Of a stretch of DNA of 64,000 nucleotides, positions 59,368 through 64,000 are shown one piece after another (within the stretch, counting starts at the first letter, position 1; each line of letters begins with the position of its first letter). Made by a program: the position numbers and the translations under genes. The stretch spans positions 291,834,001-291,898,000 of the forward strand of contig OZ024743.1 of the NCBI GenBank assembly GCA_964016885.1, read 5' to 3'. Below the pieces are notes generated by a model. The model saw only the letters and a list, made by a program, of their open reading frames with translations. It ran no database searches and was not told the origin of the DNA. This stretch comes from Eledone cirrhosa. Lineage: Eukaryota.

Positions 59368-59608
59368 TTTTCTTTATTAACCACAAGGGTTCACATAAAG
59401 TAGACATTAAGGGCAGTACAGGACAATACAGGACGGTACAAATGGGCATTTCTGCGTGTAAAAAAACAGAGGTTGAAATAAAATAACAAAGAAAAATCCC
59501 CAATAGGGGGGAGACTTCCAAGGGACATTTGTGGAGAAAGCCCATTAAAAGACCACAGTGGCCCTGACCACCAGGGCAAGTGCCCTCTCCCAGTTTTCCA
59601 CCTTTAAT

Positions 59609-62600
59609 TTACAGACACATACTCAGAGAAGGCCCATTCATTCGGGCCATACTTGCTTCTCTCACCCATCTTTCAACAAAATGCTGGGAAGAGAGCACTT
59701 CCCTCTCTACCCTGATTTTCCTTTTCAAATGAAATTTGAAAAAGTTAATCAGGGCATCACCGAAGAGGTAAGTGCTCGTCTTCAGCCCTTTCAAACGTGT
59801 CCACCATACTATCTCTTTCGCCATGGCCACCAGACAGATAAAAACTGCCTGCCCTTCCAGGCTAAAGGAAGGGGGCGGGGCAATCCTCACGATGGACTCA
59901 GCTGATAGCTGGATAGGTCCTACACGTGACAGCAGGTATTCGACATAAACCCACAAGTCAGCAATGCTCGGACACTGGACGAGTGCGTGCAGGACGGTTT
60001 CGTCGCCCTGCGCGCATCTCGGACATGCCCGGCTGACGGCACCTCCATGCCTGTAGAGTTTATCCCGAACTGGCAAAGCTCCTCGGTAGCACTGCCAGGC
60101 CAGGGATTTCTGGAAGTTGTCCATAGGCCCCGGCCCGAAAGTCCTTCCGAAGAGATTGGCTAGTTGATTTTCGTCGACGCCTAGAGTTTCTCCAAGTACG
60201 TCGTCGCTCTTCCCCTCCACTAATCCCCTATAGAACGCCAAGGTGGAGTTTCCACCGATCACATTGCCCGATTGGTCGAGGGCTGTGAGCGCCTGAAGAC
60301 ATTCCAGTCTCCAAGCGCTCCCTCTCGGTCTTCGCTTGACCCAGGACTGCAGCTCCGTCAAGGAGACGAGCTGGGGAAAAACGTGTCTTGCAAACGGCGA
60401 CCACACCTGATCACCGTCGAGGAAGAGGTGGAGATGTCGTAGCCTGAGCGCGTGTCTACGCATCATCAGCCACGGCATGCCCAGCCCTCCACGTAGCGGG
60501 TGTTGACAGCAGATGGACCGCCTGACCATCGGAGCGCGTCCCTTCCACAAGAAGCGAAAGAGCAAACGCTCCAGCGCAGTCAGGCGGGGCTTAGGACAAG
60601 GTACGACGGTCAGGCGGTAGTAGATGACGGATGCGATGTACGCATTCGCCACCTCCGCTCGACCTTTCAGGGATAGCTTCCTCTCGGCCCATTTCTGGGT
60701 GAGAGAAGCCACCCTGCTCGTCACCTCGTCCCAGTTTTTGTCCGTCTGGAGGTCTGGACCGAACCAGACCCCTAGCAATTTAACCGGTCCGTCCGTCCAG
60801 CGCCCGACTACGCTGTTGGACGGCATGGACCTGCCTCTCCAGGTGCCGAGCTGCAGGCCCACTGACTTTTCCTGGTTGATCATTGCTCCTGTCACCGCTT
60901 CGTATTCTCTTAGTGTAGTGCCGATCGCCTCGATGTGTTTGGCGTTCGACACCACTACGGTGACATCGTCGGCATATGCTGACACGGATCTTCCGCATCC
61001 TAGTTCGCGCGGGACCCCCCTCAACGTCTCCAGTTTGTGCAGTAATGGCTCGAGAGTCAATACGTACAATAGGGACGAGAGGGGACATCCTTGGCGGACC
61101 GAGCGCATGATGTTGAATGGTTCCGAAAGGTGACCGTTCACTCTCACTACAGAGCAGATGTCGCTGTGCATGGCAGCGATCCAGCCTCTGAAGACGGGCC
61201 CAAAGCCAGCCGCCCTCAGGACTGCCGCTAGGTAACGATGGTCGACCCTATCGAAGGCTTTCGACTGATCTAAATTGATCAAAGACCCACCCGTGCCAGG
61301 TTCCCTAGCTACCCTCTCTACGATGTATTGCATGAGGTGGAGGTTGTCGTGGATGGATATGTCGGGAATGGCGCATGTCTGTGCCTCTCCCACCAGACCA
61401 CCAACGACAAGCGCCAACCTCTTTGCTAGCACCTTGGCCAAAATCTTGAACTCTGTGTTTAGCAGAGTTATGGGCCTAAAATTATCTATGTTATCCCCCT
61501 TGTTCGGATCCTTTCTCAGCAGCGCCACCGCTCCTCGGCTCACAGAGCTGGGAATTCTCCCGTTCTGTTGCCAGTTGCAGTAGACTTCCGCCAAGAGGCC
61601 TCCGAACAAGTTTGGCATTTGTACGTAAAGTTCATAGGGCAGACCATCCAAACCAGGCGATTTACCCCTTGTGCAACTAGTCATTGCATCCCGTACTTCA
61701 GCGGTTGTTATCGGCTTTTCGCAACACTCCGCCTCAGTGGCCGAAAGCCGCGGCAGTCCGTCGAGGTAGACACTAAAGTCCATCCCTCGATCCGGCCCGC
61801 CAGTGCCCCCGAACAGTTGAGCGAAGTGTCGCTGAAAAGCTTCACAGATTTGCCCGGGATCGAGTAGCATGCGCCCGTCGTGGTCCACCAAAGACCGGAT
61901 CGTGGCTTTGTTGCCACGACGCGCCTCCGCCACTCGCGCCCATTGAACGGCTTTCGTTCCCTCGTGTCTAAGAGCACGCACCCTAGCTCTGACAACGCAG
62001 CCTTCGTGCTTTGCATTGAAGAATTGGTCAAGGGCCAATTTCGCCGCAAGCACGTCGGTCGCGATGCCTTTGCTGAGCGCCTCATCTAATTTTCTAACTA
62101 ATTCTCCCTCTGCTCTATTTTTCTCTATTGCTAAAGTCTTACTAAACCTAATGGACTCTATTCTAATTGCTCTTTTCAGAGCAAACCACCACTTGTTGTT
62201 GACGATGGCCCCCGTCAACGCCCGCTTAACTAGTTCGCTAATCCGGTCTCTGTAGGCCTTGCGCGCTGGTAAAGACGCGTTTAACTTCCAGTAGCCGGGT
62301 CCTCGTCTATGAAGCCTATCTAAGTCAAGCACACAGATCACGAATTTGTGGTCCGTGTAGCTGACTATCTTGAATTGTGGACAGCCTATGCTAGACCTAT
62401 CTATTTCCCTACAAAATACTCTATCTAGATATGATCTGGATGACCCTATGCGATTTGTCCAAGTCCACATTGGTACATTCGGGAAATCCATTCGGTACCT
62501 GTCAGACAGTTCAAAACGTCTGAGCAGGTTGGTGAGACTCTTGCACCCTCCTTCCCTATCCACTAATCCCACACAATCCCAGCGTGCATCTAAGATCCCG

Positions 62601-63028
62601 TTCCAGTCGCCCACTAACACTAAAGAGCGGGACGTTCCAAGAAAGGTCTCCAGACGCCGGAAGAAATCAGGCCGCCCTGCTCCTGTCGGGGCATAGACGG
62701 CCACTAACCTGAAAGCTTGCCCGTCTCCGCTGGTCACGTCCAGCACCACCAACTTACCTTCTGGGTCCAGGAAGATGGCCCGTATGGCAAGATCCAAAAC
62801 TCTCCGAAAAAGCACAGCAACTCCTCCCCCCGATCCCGGACGGCTGGGAGATGCGTACACATCGTAGCCGCCGAAGATCGGTGCGAAAGCCTGTGCTTCG
62901 GAGATTCTGGTCTCGCTGATGGCCACTACATCTATGTTTAGTGACCTGAGGTCGTTGAGCAGGTGGCCCTGCTTCCATGACGACCCCAAGCCACGCGCAT
63001 TTATGCTGCCTATTCTGAGTGAGGTCAT
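59609..63028 (-). CDS. Tx1/L1-clade ORF2 polyprotein: AP endonuclease, reverse transcriptase, C-terminal CCHC zinc finger
   Basis: SINARG, ISET, GDWN, SYLD, TDH; KSPGLDG, NFRPITLLN, LDQSKAFDRV, RQGCPLS, YADD; CPRC..ETVLHALVQC; 1139 aa uninterrupted. Confidence 0.96.
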   Translation of the reverse strand: MTSLRIGSINARGLGSSWKQGHLLNDLRSLNIDVVAISETRISEAQAFAPIFGGYDVYASPSRPGSGGGVAVLFRRVLDLAIRAIFLDPEGKLVVLDVTSGDGQAFRLVAVYAPTGAGRPDFFRRLETFLGTSRSLVLVGDWNGILDARWDCVGLVDREGGCKSLTNLLRRFELSDRYRMDFPNVPMWTWTNRIGSSRSYLDRVFCREIDRSSIGCPQFKIVSYTDHKFVICVLDLDRLHRRGPGYWKLNASLPARKAYRDRISELVKRALTGAIVNNKWWFALKRAIRIESIRFSKTLAIEKNRAEGELVRKLDEALSKGIATDVLAAKLALDQFFNAKHEGCVVRARVRALRHEGTKAVQWARVAEARRGNKATIRSLVDHDGRMLLDPGQICEAFQRHFAQLFGGTGGPDRGMDFSVYLDGLPRLSATEAECCEKPITTAEVRDAMTSCTRGKSPGLDGLPYELYVQMPNLFGGLLAEVYCNWQQNGRIPSSVSRGAVALLRKDPNKGDNIDNFRPITLLNTEFKILAKVLAKRLALVVGGLVGEAQTCAIPDISIHDNLHLMQYIVERVAREPGTGGSLINLDQSKAFDRVDHRYLAAVLRAAGFGPVFRGWIAAMHSDICSVVRVNGHLSEPFNIMRSVRQGCPLSSLLYVLTLEPLLHKLETLRGVPRELGCGRSVSAYADDVTVVVSNAKHIEAIGTTLREYEAVTGAMINQEKSVGLQLGTWRGRSMPSNSVVGRWTDGPVKLLGVWFGPDLQTDKNWDEVTSRVASLTQKWAERKLSLKGRAEVANAYIASVIYYRLTVVPCPKPRLTALERLLFRFLWKGRAPMVRRSICCQHPLRGGLGMPWLMMRRHALRLRHLHLFLDGDQVWSPFARHVFPQLVSLTELQSWVKRRPRGSAWRLECLQALTALDQSGNVIGGNSTLAFYRGLVEGKSDDVLGETLGVDENQLANLFGRTFGPGPMDNFQKSLAWQCYRGALPVRDKLYRHGGAVSRACPRCAQGDETVLHALVQCPSIADLWVYVEYLLSRVGPIQLSAESIVRIAPPPSFSLEGQAVFICLVAMAKEIVWWTRLKGLKTSTYLFGDALINFFKFHLKRKIRVEREVLSSQHFVERWVREASMARMNGPSLSMCL

Positions 63029-63062
63029 GTTGAAAAGGAGTGGAAAAGATGGGAAAGACCAC

Positions 63063-64000
63063 TTACCTTACTTCTCGTAGGGGAAGGACGGCTTTTCCAT
63101 CCTTTTCACTGCTTGTGGCCTCCTCAGGAAGGATGTCCTTATAAATCCTCCTGGAGAGTGCTTGTCGGAAGTCTCCGATGTCTTTGGGGAATTTTTGTTT
63201 TAGTGTCATGTACGTTTTCTGTGTGATGCGAGTGATTTGTATGTGTGGAGGTGGTGTGAATTTTGGGGTTTTTGTGTAGTCTTTTTCTGTGATGCTGGTG
63301 TTGTGTTGGATGTAGTGTAATAATTGCCAGTTGTGATAGACGGGGAGTGGAAAATCCTCCACAGCCGTTAGTTTTGGTTGTGGTGTGGTGGATGGTGTAG
63401 GCGCTGGTGCTAGTTCTGAAGCGTTGGGTGGTGGTGGTGTTGGTTTTGCTGGTGGTGGTAGTGGTGTTGGTTTTGCTACTGTTGCTGGGGTTGTTGCTGT
63501 TATAGTTGCTTCTGTTGTTGCTGCTACAGTTGTTGCTGCCATCTCTGCTACTGGTGGTGTTGATGGTTTTGTCACTGGGGTGGGTAGGAGAGGTGGCCTC
63601 AACCTTTTAGCCTGAGGGCAGAAAGCCCTTAGGTGGGTTCCTTCACCACAAACGACACACCTAGGTCTTCTGCCCTCGACAATTACCGTGAGGTGGCTGC
63701 CGTCAGTGAGGTCTATTACCTCTGGGATCTCCTCAATGCTTTTTTGGTCCGCTTGGATCAGGAGCTCCATCCCAGATCCGGACCAGTTTTCCTGCTTTTC
63801 TTTTGCTACTGCTATTATTTTCGTGTTGGCTTCGATGCCGGTGAGGACAGCCGCTATTAGCCAGGGAATTTCGATGGCCGGTGGAACGTGGGTCACCCTG
63901 ATCTTTACGAGTCTCTGGCCACAATAGCTTGGGACGAGTGTGAGGTCGTCACTTTTTAATGGGGCCATGGAGTGTTCTCTAGCCTCCTCTGGTGTTTCAA
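63063..64000 (-). CDS. Tx1 ORF1 C-terminal part (start lies outside the window)
   Basis: CCHC knuckle; matches copy A ORF1 apart from a 344-nt deletion. Confidence 0.88.
   Translation of the reverse strand, partial: ETPEEAREHSMAPLKSDDLTLVPSYCGQRLVKIRVTHVPPAIEIPWLIAAVLTGIEANTKIIAVAKEKQENWSGSGMELLIQADQKSIEEIPEVIDLTDGSHLTVIVEGRRPRCVVCGEGTHLRAFCPQAKRLRPPLLPTPVTKPSTPPVAEMAATTVAATTEATITATTPATVAKPTPLPPPAKPTPPPPNASELAPAPTPSTTPQPKLTAVEDFPLPVYHNWQLLHYIQHNTSITEKDYTKTPKFTPPPHIQITRITQKTYMTLKQKFPKDIGDFRQALSRRIYKDILPEEATSSEKDGKAVLPLREVR

Larger units (their letters stand above)
59366..64000 (-). mobile_element. Tx1-like LINE copy B (continues beyond the window)
   Basis: Near-identical to copy A; intact ORF2; 3' UTR with AATAAA followed by (ATT)n. 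Confidence 0.96.

Noticed and set aside
60624-62941. Plus-strand ORFs antisense to Tx1 ORF2
   Set aside because: Shadow ORFs of a GC-rich coding sequence with no motifs

Overview
AT-rich animal genomic DNA, almost entirely microsatellites and transposable elements. The repeat repertoire suggests a cephalopod such as octopus (inference). No host protein-coding gene could be supported, and most ORF-track entries are translations of (TA)n/(CA)n tracts. Contents: (1) a head-to-tail array of Tx1/L1-clade LINEs at 50.3-64 kb, including one intact 1139-aa ORF2, plus an inverted copy and a 3' fragment elsewhere; (2) two R4/Dong-type LINE families (RT plus restriction-like endonuclease); (3) several Penelope-like elements (PLEs) with GIY-YIG/RT remnants and inverted or tandem pseudo-LTRs carrying type I hammerhead ribozymes; (4) a tRNA-derived SINE family whose 3' end resembles the Tx1 3' end; (5) a decayed RTE LINE interrupted by a Chapaev3-like DNA transposon; (6) a 2.4-kb tandem duplication and many foldback palindromes. 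The most notable signals are an apparent (ATT)n-targeted Tx1-LINE/SINE partnership, with R4/Dong using the opposite strand of the same repeat, and two well-formed hammerhead families, one with a very long, sequence-swapped stem II.
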